Below the pieces are notes generated by a model. The model searched no databases. It saw only the letters and a list, made by a program, of their open reading frames with translations, and was not told where the DNA came from. DNA of 22,550 nt from Utricularia gibba (Eukaryota; Plantae; Magnoliophyta): the NCBI GenBank assembly GCA_002189035.1, contig NEEC01000211.1:1-22550 (forward strand), given 5' to 3'. The position numbers and the translations under genes are program-made. Below, one piece after another: positions 1 to 9,050 of the stretch. The stretch's first letter is position 1. Each line of letters opens with the position of its first letter.

Positions 1-360
1 CCCATTGGGCTCAAGAGTCGAACCAAACCTTGGGTCCGGATGAACTTGCCAACGAAAGCACCCACCCAAAAATGACAAGCTTTTCCTTCACGAACAATGT
101 AGGCAGCTGCCGAAAACCCAACGTTAATAAATGGATCACTTTTTTTGCCGCGCTACAAATGACTATGGGCCCGATTTCGACAAGACCTCCGGCCAGATCC
201 TAGTGCCCCTCGAGAGCGCCTCCTCAAATAAAAAGTATGTGGTTGGAAAACCATTTGGGGTGCTCATGACATCCTAACTTCAATAAATGCATCACGATTT
301 TCCTGGGTGCTGACATCCTAACCCAGGAGTCGAACCGAACCTTGGGTCCGGACAAAGGTT
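1..360 (-). repeat. Diverged relative of the 312-bp satellite in reverse orientation (~1.15 monomers)
   Basis: 95-290 aligns nearly without gaps to the reverse complement of the main monomer (ATGTAGGCAGCTGCCGAAAACCCAACGTTAATAAATGGATCACTTT vs ATGTAGGCAGCCCCCGAAAACCGAACGTTAATAAATACATCACTTT; CGCCTCCTCAA; AAATGCATCA). GAGTCGAACC(A/G)AACCTTGGGTCCGGA recurs at 15 and 327, a 312 bp period. Identity is roughly 70-75% by eye. Confidence 0.85.
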
Positions 361-363
361 CGA

Positions 364-2332
364 TTTTCATGGAACAACTTCTCCTTTAGTGGCGGCCAGT
401 CTCGCTAGGATCTTGGTCCGGGCCCCTGATTCTTTATGGCTCATGAGGACAAAAGGATGCAAATCGATGAATACAACGATGCATTTGTTTAAATTACGAT
501 ATCACGTGCACCCCACATCATTTTTTCAACAACTTACTTTATACTTGCGGAGGCGGTCTTGGGGTGCACCTAGAACGGGACAAAGGTCAGGTTGGGCTTC
601 GCCAGAGAGTTAGTTGTAACTTGGCAAATAAAGTGATGAATTTATTAACGTTCGGTTTTGTGGGGCTGCCTACATGGTTTTTCAAGGAACCGCTTCCCGT
701 TTTTTGGCGGCCAGTCTCGATGGGAACTTGGTCCTTGACCCCGATTCTGTATGGCTCATGAGGTCAACCGGATGCAAATCGATTAAGTTGGGCCGATTAA
801 CCGGATGGCTCTTGGTCTTGGGGAGCAAGAGGAACCGGACAAAGGTCAGCTTAGGGTTGGGCCGAAAGTAAGTTGTAGCCCGGCAAAGAAAGTGATGTAT
901 TTCTTAACGTTCGGTTTTCGGGGTTTCTTACATGGTTTTTCAAGGTACAGCTTCTCGTTTTGTGGCGGCCAGTCTCACTAGGAACTTGGTCCGGGCCCCC
1001 GATTCTTTATAGCTCATGAGTACAAAGGATGCAAATCGATGAAAAAAATGATGCATTTGTTTATATTACGATATCACGTGCACCCTCCATGATTTTTTCA
1101 ACAACTTACTATATCCTTGACGTGGTGGTCTTGGGGGGAAGAGGAACGGGAAAAAGGTTAGCATAGGCTTGGGCCGAAAGTAAGTTGTAGCCCGTCAATT
1201 CAAGTGATGTATTTATTAAGGTTCGGTTTTCGGGGGCTGCCTACATGGTTTTTCAAGGAACATCTTCTCGTTTTTTGGCGGCTAGTCTCGTTGGGAACCT
1301 GGTCCTAGACCCGGATTCTGTATGGCTCATGGGGTCAACCGGATGCAAATCGATGAATACCATGATGCATTTGTTTAAATTACGATATCACGTGCACCCT
1401 ACATCATTTTTTCAACAACGTACTTTATACTTGAGGAGGTGGTCTTCGGGGTAAGAGGAACCGGAAAAAGGTCAGCTTAGGCTTGGGCCGAAAGTAAGTT
1501 GTAGCCCGACAAATAAAGTGATGTATTTATTAACGTTCGCTTTTCGGGGTTGCCTACATGGTTTTTCAAGGTACAGCTTCTCGTTTTGTGGCGGCCAGTC
1601 TCACTAGGAACTTGGTCCGGGCCCCCGATTTTTTATGGCTCATGAGTACAAAGGATGCAAATCGATGAATACCATGATGCATTTGTTTAAATTACGATAT
1701 CACGTGCACCCTACATGATTTTTTGAACAACTTTATACTTGAGGAGGTGGTCTTGGGGGCAAGAGGAACCGGACAAAGGTCAGCATAGGCTTTGGCCGAA
1801 AGTAAGTTGTAGCCCGGCAAAGAAAGTGATGTATTTATTAAGATTCGGTTTTCGGGGTTGCCAACATGGTTTTTCAAAGAACAGCTTCTCGTTTTGTGGC
1901 GGCCAGTATCGCAAGGAACTTGGTCCGGGCCCCTGGTTCTTTATGGCTCATGAGGACAAAAGGATGCAAATCGATGAATACAATGATGCATTTGTTTAAA
2001 TTACGATATCACATGCACCCTACATGATTGTTTCAACAACGTACTTTATACTTGAGGAGGTGGTCTTGGGGGGCAAGAGGAACCGGACAAAGGTCAGCAT
2101 AGGCTTTGGCCGAAAGTAAGTTGTAGCCCGGCAATGAAAGTGATGTATTTATTAACATTCGGTTTTCGGGGTTGCCAACATGGTTTTTAAAGGAACAGCT
2201 TCTCGTTTTGTGGCGCCCTGTATCGCATGGAACTTGGTCCGGGCCCCTAATTCTTTATGGCTCATGAGGACAAAAGGATGCAAATCGATGAAAAAAATGA
2301 TGCATTTGTTTAAATTACGATATCACGTGCAC
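364..2332 (+). repeat. Tandem satellite array, ~312-314 bp monomer (~6.5 copies), left of the CRM element
   Basis: The anchor AAATTACGATATCAC occurs at 491, 1063, 1377, 1689, 1998 and 2312. Spacings are 314, 312, 309 and 314; the 572 spacing contains a deleted monomer. Confidence 0.97.
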
Positions 2333-2935
2333 TGATGTGACCCTCTAATCTATAGAGATTAGCAACCCACAAAAAAGAGGTGATTTTAAAGCTTAGAAGA
2401 GAACCCACCCAAGTCTACCCTCAAGAGAATAAATCTCTTGCAACCAGACTTCGAAACAAAGAAAATTAGGAGCCACACTTCAGAAAGAGAGATTGATTGG
2501 AAGTGATAATCCTAGAACGCCACAAGCTCAAAGCTTGATAAGTTAAGAGTGTTCAAGCACTCAAAGGAGAGGGGAATCCTCACAAGATACATAAAATGAC
2601 CAAAGATCCTGAATTAGTACATCTCTAGAGTATTTATACTCTAGAATTGGGCTCTAACATTACATAGTCCAAACTAAATGAAATAGAAAAGTCTAACAAG
2701 CCCAATGCTCTAAGTTAAGTCCATCTTCAAGTAGTTGAGCTCTTTTGATGGGATGTCTTCAAGCCCATGTTTGATTCCAATGGTATTGAGTAGACCCTTA
2801 AGTGTATCTTCAACCATCTTTGTCTTGCTCCTAGTCATTGGTCCTGGTGGAATCATCTTTCTTTCTAATTTGTTCACTTGAACAAACTCCTCATCATTCT
2901 TCAAATACACTTCATTATCTTCCTGGGGCTCATCA
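2333..2935 (-). repeat. 3' LTR of the CRM element (603 bp)
   Basis: Direct repeat of 8448-9050 (offset 6115), differing at 2388/8503, 2435/8550, 2777/8892 and 2929/9044. It is preceded on the minus strand by the PPT. Confidence 0.96.
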
Positions 2936-3990
2936 TCCCCCCTTTCTTTAGGAAGATTCATCCCTGAATCTGTATCCATGTCGAAAAGAGACAAATCAGC
3001 AACATTGAAAGTTGAATGAACAGAATACTCACCTGGTAAATCTAGCTTGTACGCATTATCATTAACGCGCTCAACAACTTGGAAAGGGCCATCTCCACGA
3101 GGTAGAAGTTTGGACTTTCTCTTTGTGGGAAATCTCTCCTTCCTAAGATGAAGCCAAACCCAATCTCCAGGTTCAAATACAACTTTGCGTCTCCCCTTGT
3201 TTGCTGCTGATGCATACTTTGCATTGTTGCATTCAATCTGTTGTTTCACCTTTTCATGCAATCTTCTGATTGCATCAGCTCTCTTCTTGCCATCTAAACT
3301 AACTTTCTCATCACAAGGCAAAGGTAACATATCCAAAGGTGTAAGAGGATTAAAACCATAAACGACTTCAAATGGAGATAATTTAGTAGTCAGATGCATG
3401 GTTCTATTGTAAGCAAACTCAACAAGTGGCAAACATTCCTCCCAAGTCTTAAGATTTGATTTAATCATAATCCTAAGTAAGGTAGAAAGTGTGCGATTAG
3501 TTACCTCAGTTTGCCCATCGGTTTGAGGGTGACATGTTGTTGAGTATAACAGCTTAGTGCCAAGTTTACTCCAAAGAACTCTCCAAAAGTGACTAAGAAA
3601 CCTTGCATCTCGATCAGAGACAATAGTTAGGGGCATACCATGAAGTCTAACAACTTCCCTAAAGAAGAGATCAGCCACATGAGATGCATCATCAGTTTTA
3701 TGGCAGGGAATAAAGTGTGCCATCTTTGAAAACCTGTCCACAACAACGAAAATTGAATCTCTACCCCTTTGGGTACGAGGTAAGCCTAAAACAAAGTCCA
3801 TAGAAATGTCCACCCATGGTTGGGAAGGAGTAGGGAGTGGAGTATACAAACCATTAGGGGCAGTGGTTGATTTAGCCTTCCTACAAGAGATACATCTAGA
3901 ACAAATTCTTTCAACATCCCTTCTCATGTGTGGCCAAAAGAAATGTTGGGTGAGAGTATCAAGAGTCTTTTTAACACCAAAATGTCCCAT
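2710..3990 (-). CDS. pol: Integrase with C-terminal CR-motif targeting domain
   Basis: HHCC zinc finger (AHGG..MGHFG...CSRCISC); DDE core (ISMDFV, IVSDRD, GQTEVTN); GDGPF motif; PPGPMTRSKTK at 2818-2850. The last 226 nt lie inside the 3' LTR. Confidence 0.95.
   Translation of the reverse strand: MGHFGVKKTLDTLTQHFFWPHMRRDVERICSRCISCRKAKSTTAPNGLYTPLPTPSQPWVDISMDFVLGLPRTQRGRDSIFVVVDRFSKMAHFIPCHKTDDASHVADLFFREVVRLHGMPLTIVSDRDARFLSHFWRVLWSKLGTKLLYSTTCHPQTDGQTEVTNRTLSTLLRIMIKSNLKTWEECLPLVEFAYNRTMHLTTKLSPFEVVYGFNPLTPLDMLPLPCDEKVSLDGKKRADAIRRLHEKVKQQIECNNAKYASAANKGRRKVVFEPGDWVWLHLRKERFPTKRKSKLLPRGDGPFQVVERVNDNAYKLDLPGEYSVHSTFNVADLSLFDMDTDSGMNLPKERGDDEPQEDNEVYLKNDEEFVQVNKLERKMIPPGPMTRSKTKMVEDTLKGLLNTIGIKHGLEDIPSKELNYLKMDLT
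2936..2949 (-). other. Polypurine tract (PPT)
   Basis: The minus strand reads AAAGAAAGGGGGGA immediately before the TGATG start of the 3' LTR. It lies within the integrase ORF. Confidence 0.92.
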
Positions 3991-5714
3991 TAGTCCCCAC
4001 CATGAGCTTCTCTAACAATCAAATCACGTATGGAGCAAGAAGGAATGCACAGCCTATCTTTCCTATAAAGAAAACCATCTTTCCTGAAGAATAGCCCAGA
4101 TGTAGCAAGTTCACATGCCTTATAAATATCCCCAAAATCGTGATCATGAACATATAAGTCAATGATGGAAGCAAATCCAAGAATTCTTGCATCAAGATTG
4201 GCTAAGAGAGTGTACCTTCGAGATAAAGCATCAGCAACCACATTCTCCTTACCTTTCTTGTATTTGATCACATATGGGAATGTGTCAATGAATTCCACCC
4301 ACTTAGCATGTCTTCTATTCAGCTTTACTTGAGCCTTCAAATGTTTGAGAGACTCATGATCAGTGTGTATCACGAACTCCTTAGGCCATAAGTAGTGCTG
4401 CCATGTCTCCAAAGCTCTAACCAACGCATACAACTCTTTGTCATATGTTGGATAGTTGAGGGTGGCACCATGAAGCTTCTCACTAAAATAAGCAAGTGGA
4501 CGTCCCTTTTGCATCAACACAGTACCAATCCCTAAACCTGATGCATCACATTCAATTTCAAAAGTATCAGAAAAATTTGGAAGTGCTAGGAGAGGTGTTG
4601 AGCAAAGCTTATTCTTGAGTTGTTTGAAAGCATGTTCCTGCTCATCTCCCCAATGAAATGCATGATTTTTCTTGATCAACTGGGTGAGGGGTGCTGCTAT
4701 AGAACTGAAGTCCCTAACAAACCGTCTATAGAAGCTTGCTAAACCATGAAAACTCCTAACTTCACCCACTGATGTAGGTGTTGGCCATTCTTTGATTGCT
4801 CTTACTTTCTCTTCATCCACAGCTACTCCTGCATTACTTACAACATATCCAAGAAAAGAGACACTATTTGTGCAAAAGACACACTTTTTGATATTAGCAA
4901 ACAACTTCTCTTTTCTAAGAGTATCTAACACATCTTTCAAATGCCCTATATGTTCCTCAATACTTTTACTATAGATCAGAATATCATCAAAATAAACAAC
5001 AACAAATCTACCTATAAAAGGCCTAAGAACGTGATTCATCAATCTCATAAAGGTGCTAGGAGCATTGGTTAACCCAAAAGGCATAACAACCCACTTATAC
5101 AAACCAAACTTAGTTTTAAAAGCAGTTTTCCACTCATCACCTTCCTTCATTCTAATCTGATGATATCCACTTCTCAAATCAATCTTACTAAAAACACAAG
5201 CACCATGCAATTCATCAAGCATATCTTCAAGTCTAGGGATAGGATGTCTATACTTGATTGTGATGTTGTTGATGGCGCGACAATCAGTGCACATCCGCCA
5301 AGTTCCATCAGACTTTGGAACCAATAACACCGGCACCGAGCAAGGACTCATGCTCTCACGCACAAATCCTTTAGACACCAATTCCTCAACTTGTTTTTGT
5401 ATTTCCTTCGTCTCCTCTGGATTGGCTCGGTATGCTGGTCGGTTTGGGAGTTGTGCTCCAGGGACAAGGTCAATTTGATGCTCAATCCCTCTAAGGGGAG
5501 GTAAGCCTTGAAGTTCTTCTGGAAAAACATCTTCATATACATGTAAGAGAGACACAACACAAGATGGAATGGATGAAGCATGGTTAGGTGAAGTATGAAC
5601 TTCATCCTTATACATGAGTAGAATGAATGGTTGCCTAGCATGAAGTAAGTGTCTAATCTCACTTGGCCTTGCTAATAGACTCTCATTCTTTCTCTCAATT
5701 TCTAAAACTCTCAT
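3990..5714 (-). CDS. pol: Reverse transcriptase and RNase H segment of pol
   Basis: RT motifs [32 protein letters not shown] and the catalytic [10 protein letters not shown]. RNase H motifs [22 protein letters not shown] and NVVADALSR. Confidence 0.96.
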   Translation of the reverse strand: MRVLEIERKNESLLARPSEIRHLLHARQPFILLMYKDEVHTSPNHASSIPSCVVSLLHVYEDVFPEELQGLPPLRGIEHQIDLVPGAQLPNRPAYRANPEETKEIQKQVEELVSKGFVRESMSPCSVPVLLVPKSDGTWRMCTDCRAINNITIKYRHPIPRLEDMLDELHGACVFSKIDLRSGYHQIRMKEGDEWKTAFKTKFGLYKWVVMPFGLTNAPSTFMRLMNHVLRPFIGRFVVVYFDDILIYSKSIEEHIGHLKDVLDTLRKEKLFANIKKCVFCTNSVSFLGYVVSNAGVAVDEEKVRAIKEWPTPTSVGEVRSFHGLASFYRRFVRDFSSIAAPLTQLIKKNHAFHWGDEQEHAFKQLKNKLCSTPLLALPNFSDTFEIECDASGLGIGTVLMQKGRPLAYFSEKLHGATLNYPTYDKELYALVRALETWQHYLWPKEFVIHTDHESLKHLKAQVKLNRRHAKWVEFIDTFPYVIKYKKGKENVVADALSRRYTLLANLDARILGFASIIDLYVHDHDFGDIYKACELATSGLFFRKDGFLYRKDRLCIPSCSIRDLIVREAHGGD

Positions 5715-5753
5715 GTTTTCACTCTCTGTTTTGTGCTCATTTTCATCCTTTTT

Positions 5754-6128
5754 TCACTCAATTCCTTGCCATCTCTTCTTTTTTCTCCACTTTTTCGCAT
5801 CTTTTTTTTCACTCATCTCTTCTCCCTTACGAACGACCACCTTGTGCTTTCCATTATCAGTATGAAGGCCTCTAGCATCACTCAGAATTCTGACTTGATC
5901 TTCATGTGCCTCCTTTGGAGATAATGGAGCAAGTGTGATGGAGCGTCCATTATAATTGAAGGAATATTTGTTCTTGAAACCATCATGAAATGCTCTTCTA
6001 TCATATTCCCAAGGTCTCCCAAGAAGAATATGGCTTGCATGCATAGGAACAACATCACATAGGACTTCATCTTCATATCTCCCTATGGAAAACGTCACAA
6101 GCACTTGTTTGGTAACCTTTACCTCATT
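5754..6128 (-). CDS. pol: C-terminal half of the aspartic protease and charged linker (frameshifted segment of pol)
   Basis: EVKVTKQVLVTFSIGRYEDEVLCDVVPMHASHILLGRPW is a typical gypsy protease C-terminus (LLGRPW). Confidence 0.88.
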   Translation of the reverse strand, partial: NEVKVTKQVLVTFSIGRYEDEVLCDVVPMHASHILLGRPWEYDRRAFHDGFKNKYSFNYNGRSITLAPLSPKEAHEDQVRILSDARGLHTDNGKHKVVVRKGEEMSEKKDAKKWRKKKRWQGIE

Positions 6129-7612
6129 CTTTCATTGAACCACTGCAGATTGTAAGGCTTAGGATGCCTCACGGTGGGTAGTCCCAATTTCTCCACCAAG
6201 ATGTTGCTAGCAACATTGGTGCAACTACCTCCATCAATAATCAGGCTGCAAACTTTCCTATTAACAAAGCATCGGGTTTGAAACAAGTTCTCCCTTTGCT
6301 CTTCATTATCCTTCACCCCAATGTTAAGCGTCCTTCGAGTGACTAATACTTCTCCAGAAACAGGCAATTCATCCTCATCACTCACTTCAGCTTCTGTCTC
6401 CACTAGATCATCATCATCTTCACTAACAACTTCGCCATTGCCCCTAATCACCATTGCTCGTTTATTTGGGCATTCAGAAGCAATATGTCCAAGTCCCAAG
6501 CATTTGAAACATTTTATGTTTCTGGTAGTTCCCTTTGGAGGTGTTGTTCGCTCCCCTTGCTTGGAACTTGATTGGATGTCGAATTTGAAGTGTTCCATGG
6601 ATGACTTCCCTTTATTTCTCTCCATCATCTCATTGGTGCCCCCAAATTTCGAACCAGAAGTCCTCTTGTTGAAATCTCTTGCGAAACTCTTGCTAGATAG
6701 TTGTTTCTCAACCTTTGTGGCCATATGAATCATGTCCTCCATCTCAATGTAGTGATGAAGCTCCACAATATTTGCAATCTCCTTATTCATCCCATGAAGA
6801 AACCTAGCCATAGTTGCTTCTCTATCTTCCTGAACATGAGCTCTAATCATTAAAATCTCCATTTCCTGCCAATATTCCTCCACTGGCCTTGAGCCCTGCT
6901 TGAGATTTTGCAAACGTTGATAAACATCTCTTTGGTAATGGTTTGGAACAAACCGCCTCCTCATAACTCTTTTCATCTCAACCCAAGTGTGAATTGGTTC
7001 TTCAGAGTCAATCCTTCTTTTAGCCACCAATTGATCCCACCAAATGATAGCATACTCACTAAATTCCATGGAGGCCAATCTGATTTTCTTTTCGTCAGAG
7101 AAGGTGTTGCAATCAAAGACATGTTCTACTCTTGTTTCCCATTGGAGATATGCATCTGGATCATTCTTTCCTTGAAATTGAGGTATCTTCATCTTGATGT
7201 TGTTAACATCCTTTCCAATTCTTCCTCCGTCTCTTCTACCTCCCTGATCTCGAAATCTTCTTGTATCCCCATGCACAAAATCATTTTCACTATGTTCAAT
7301 GTAGTCATCTTCTTCATCAGTATTCAGGGTTCGATCTCTTCTTCCAACAGTCCTTGCACTTCGTTGATCACTTAAGTCATGTTCAGTGTTGATGCGTTGA
7401 TGCAATTGACTACCTCGACCCCTTCCAGCAGCATAATTATCTTGTCTTCGTGCTCTTGCAACATTTTGCAAAGAATTTTCGTGTTCATCAAGCCTGACAT
7501 TTATGTTTTCCAGAATGCGATGCAATCTAGTGAACTCCTGTTGCATAGCTTTCAAAGTGAACCTCCCATCCGGTGAGTCATCCTTTTCATGCTCACTTCT
7601 GGAATTTGACAT
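6119..7612 (-). CDS. gag: Gag (retrotransposon gag domain, CCHC zinc knuckle) plus N-terminal half of the aspartic protease
   Basis: FQGKNDPDAYLQWE and W..MKRVMRRRFVP gag motifs; CFKCLGLGHIASEC knuckle at ~6470-6511; protease active site LIIDGGSCTN at ~6221-6240. Confidence 0.92.
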   Translation of the reverse strand: MSNSRSEHEKDDSPDGRFTLKAMQQEFTRLHRILENINVRLDEHENSLQNVARARRQDNYAAGRGRGSQLHQRINTEHDLSDQRSARTVGRRDRTLNTDEEDDYIEHSENDFVHGDTRRFRDQGGRRDGGRIGKDVNNIKMKIPQFQGKNDPDAYLQWETRVEHVFDCNTFSDEKKIRLASMEFSEYAIIWWDQLVAKRRIDSEEPIHTWVEMKRVMRRRFVPNHYQRDVYQRLQNLKQGSRPVEEYWQEMEILMIRAHVQEDREATMARFLHGMNKEIANIVELHHYIEMEDMIHMATKVEKQLSSKSFARDFNKRTSGSKFGGTNEMMERNKGKSSMEHFKFDIQSSSKQGERTTPPKGTTRNIKCFKCLGLGHIASECPNKRAMVIRGNGEVVSEDDDDLVETEAEVSDEDELPVSGEVLVTRRTLNIGVKDNEEQRENLFQTRCFVNRKVCSLIIDGGSCTNVASNILVEKLGLPTVRHPKPYNLQWFNERMR

Positions 7613-8345
7613 CCTAAATACTGGACAAAAGAAAACGAGCAGCAAGGAAGAAAAGAGACTAAACTAAAAAGAACAAAGAAACACACACAAGATTTACCAC
7701 TCAATACTCAAGCTTCAAGTCCTTGATGCACTCTTTAATGTCATCATGCTTGTTCTCATGGCATCTAACGAATTAATCACTTCCAGATTGGTATTGATTA
7801 TAGTGTAATGATGGAGTTAGGTGAGGGTGGCAGTATTAATAGTCTCAAGATGGAGACAAAGGGAAGTGTTTAAATTAAATTGGTTGCTTGTTGGAATAGA
7901 TAAATAGGAAGGATGGACAACAAGGTAAGAACAGATGAAATCAGAGAATAGAGCACTACACACGAAATGTGTTGCTTGCTAAACTATAGAAATACAGGAA
8001 TGGGCAATCAACAAAGAGAATAGTCAAATGGAAAGGTGGGGACACGTGAATGACAGGGGATGGGAATTGAAGATAAGAAAAACAACAATAAAGTGGTTGG
8101 TTGGTGGAATGGGAAAAGTAGAGAGGTGGGCCACAATTTAAACATACATAATAATGGATGATAGTGATGGGTAATGGATGTTCACCTTCACACTCCTTAT
8201 CCTCTTGCACACTTGAAAATGATATTCAATGTGTTCTTGCTATTCAATTGACACTCAATTTCGAGCTCTTCTTCAATCAACTTCCTGTGAACCTCCCTTT
8301 TTTTTTGTACTAAAGCCAAAAGTAATAAGGACTTGGCTTGAACGA

Positions 8346-8369
8346 TTTTTTTTTTTTTTTTTTTTTTTT
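8346..8369 (-). repeat. Poly(A)24 tract in the CRM 5' UTR
   Basis: T24 on the + strand, ~65 nt downstream of the PBS in element orientation. Confidence 0.85.
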
Positions 8370-8432
8370 GAATAGGCAGGAATGGAAGAACTCAAACAAG
8401 AACTGGATAATAATAAGGATAAGGAACCCAAA

Positions 8433-8444
8433 GCTCTGATACCA
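8433..8444 (-). other. Primer-binding site, tRNA-iMet type
   Basis: The minus strand reads CATCA-TTT-TGGTATCAGAGC, the canonical Met-tRNA PBS 3 nt after the 5' LTR. Confidence 0.95.
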
Positions 8445-8447
8445 AAA

Positions 8448-9050
8448 TGATGTGACCCTCTAATCTATAGAGATTAGCAACCCACAAAAAAGAGGTGATT
8501 TTGAAGCTTAGAAGAGAACCCACCCAAGTCTACCCTCAAGAGAATAAATATCTTGCAACCAGACTTCGAAACAAAGAAAATTAGGAGCCACACTTCAGAA
8601 AGAGAGATTGATTGGAAGTGATAATCCTAGAACGCCACAAGCTCAAAGCTTGATAAGTTAAGAGTGTTCAAGCACTCAAAGGAGAGGGGAATCCTCACAA
8701 GATACATAAAATGACCAAAGATCCTGAATTAGTACATCTCTAGAGTATTTATACTCTAGAATTGGGCTCTAACATTACATAGTCCAAACTAAATGAAATA
8801 GAAAAGTCTAACAAGCCCAATGCTCTAAGTTAAGTCCATCTTCAAGTAGTTGAGCTCTTTTGATGGGATGTCTTCAAGCCCATGTTTGATTTCAATGGTA
8901 TTGAGTAGACCCTTAAGTGTATCTTCAACCATCTTTGTCTTGCTCCTAGTCATTGGTCCTGGTGGAATCATCTTTCTTTCTAATTTGTTCACTTGAACAA
9001 ACTCCTCATCATTCTTCAAATACACTTCATTATCTTCCTGGGGTTCATCA
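8448..9050 (-). repeat. 5' LTR of the CRM element (603 bp)
   Basis: Direct repeat of 2333-2935, adjacent to the PBS. Confidence 0.96.
8739..8760 (-). promoter_or_regulatory. Putative LTR TATA box (TATAAATA) inside a 22-bp inverted repeat
   Basis: The minus strand reads TCTAGAGTATAAATACTCTAGA, with TATAAATA at 8746-8753. The same sequence is at 2624-2645 in the 3' LTR. Confidence 0.6.

Larger units (their letters stand above)
2710..7612 (-). pseudogene. gag-pol: gag-pol polyprotein, apparently one ORF of ~1634 aa once four 1-bp homopolymer indels are corrected (true pseudogene or assembly error)
   Basis: The likely ATG is at 7612 (MSNSRSEHE) and the stop TAG is at 2710-2712. Breaks lie at 6127-6128 (TT), 5791-5795 (T5), 5749-5754 (T6) and 3995-3998 (C4). 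The span is 4903 nt; a net +2 gives 4905, or 1635 codons. Confidence 0.8.
2333..9050 (-). mobile_element. Full-length Ty3/gypsy LTR retrotransposon, chromovirus CRM (centromeric retrotransposon) clade
   Basis: Two 603-bp LTRs with TGATG...CATCA termini, PBS, PPT and domain order GAG-PR-RT-RH-INT. The integrase C-terminal GPMTRSKTK motif (CR-motif type) is encoded inside the 3' LTR. The element is embedded in satellite DNA. Confidence 0.95.

Noticed and set aside
257-327. Local duplication GGGTGC(TCA)TGACATCCTAAC and a 7-bp stem CCTGGGT/ACCCAGG in the diverged block
   Set aside because: Short and single-copy in degraded satellite. It may be another repair filler, but there is too little context to support a function.
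389-2332. Short ORFs (60-155 aa) throughout the satellite blocks, here and across 9051-22550
   Set aside because: They are recurring translations of the same non-coding monomer, with inconsistent frames and frequent indels and no protein-family motifs.
6321-7576. Plus-strand ORFs of 135, 155 and 65 aa opposite gag (also 4792-5924 opposite pol)
   Set aside because: They are antisense shadow ORFs of a real coding region, with low-complexity Ser/Phe-rich translations and no motifs.
7956-8210. 84-aa ORF in the CRM 5' leader
   Set aside because: No recognisable domain. The length is compatible with chance in a pyrimidine-rich leader; it cannot be supported without conservation data.
2333-9050. 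Origin of the satellite from the CRM or copia LTR/UTR
   Set aside because: No similarity beyond 5-6 bp was visible by eye between the monomer and either element.
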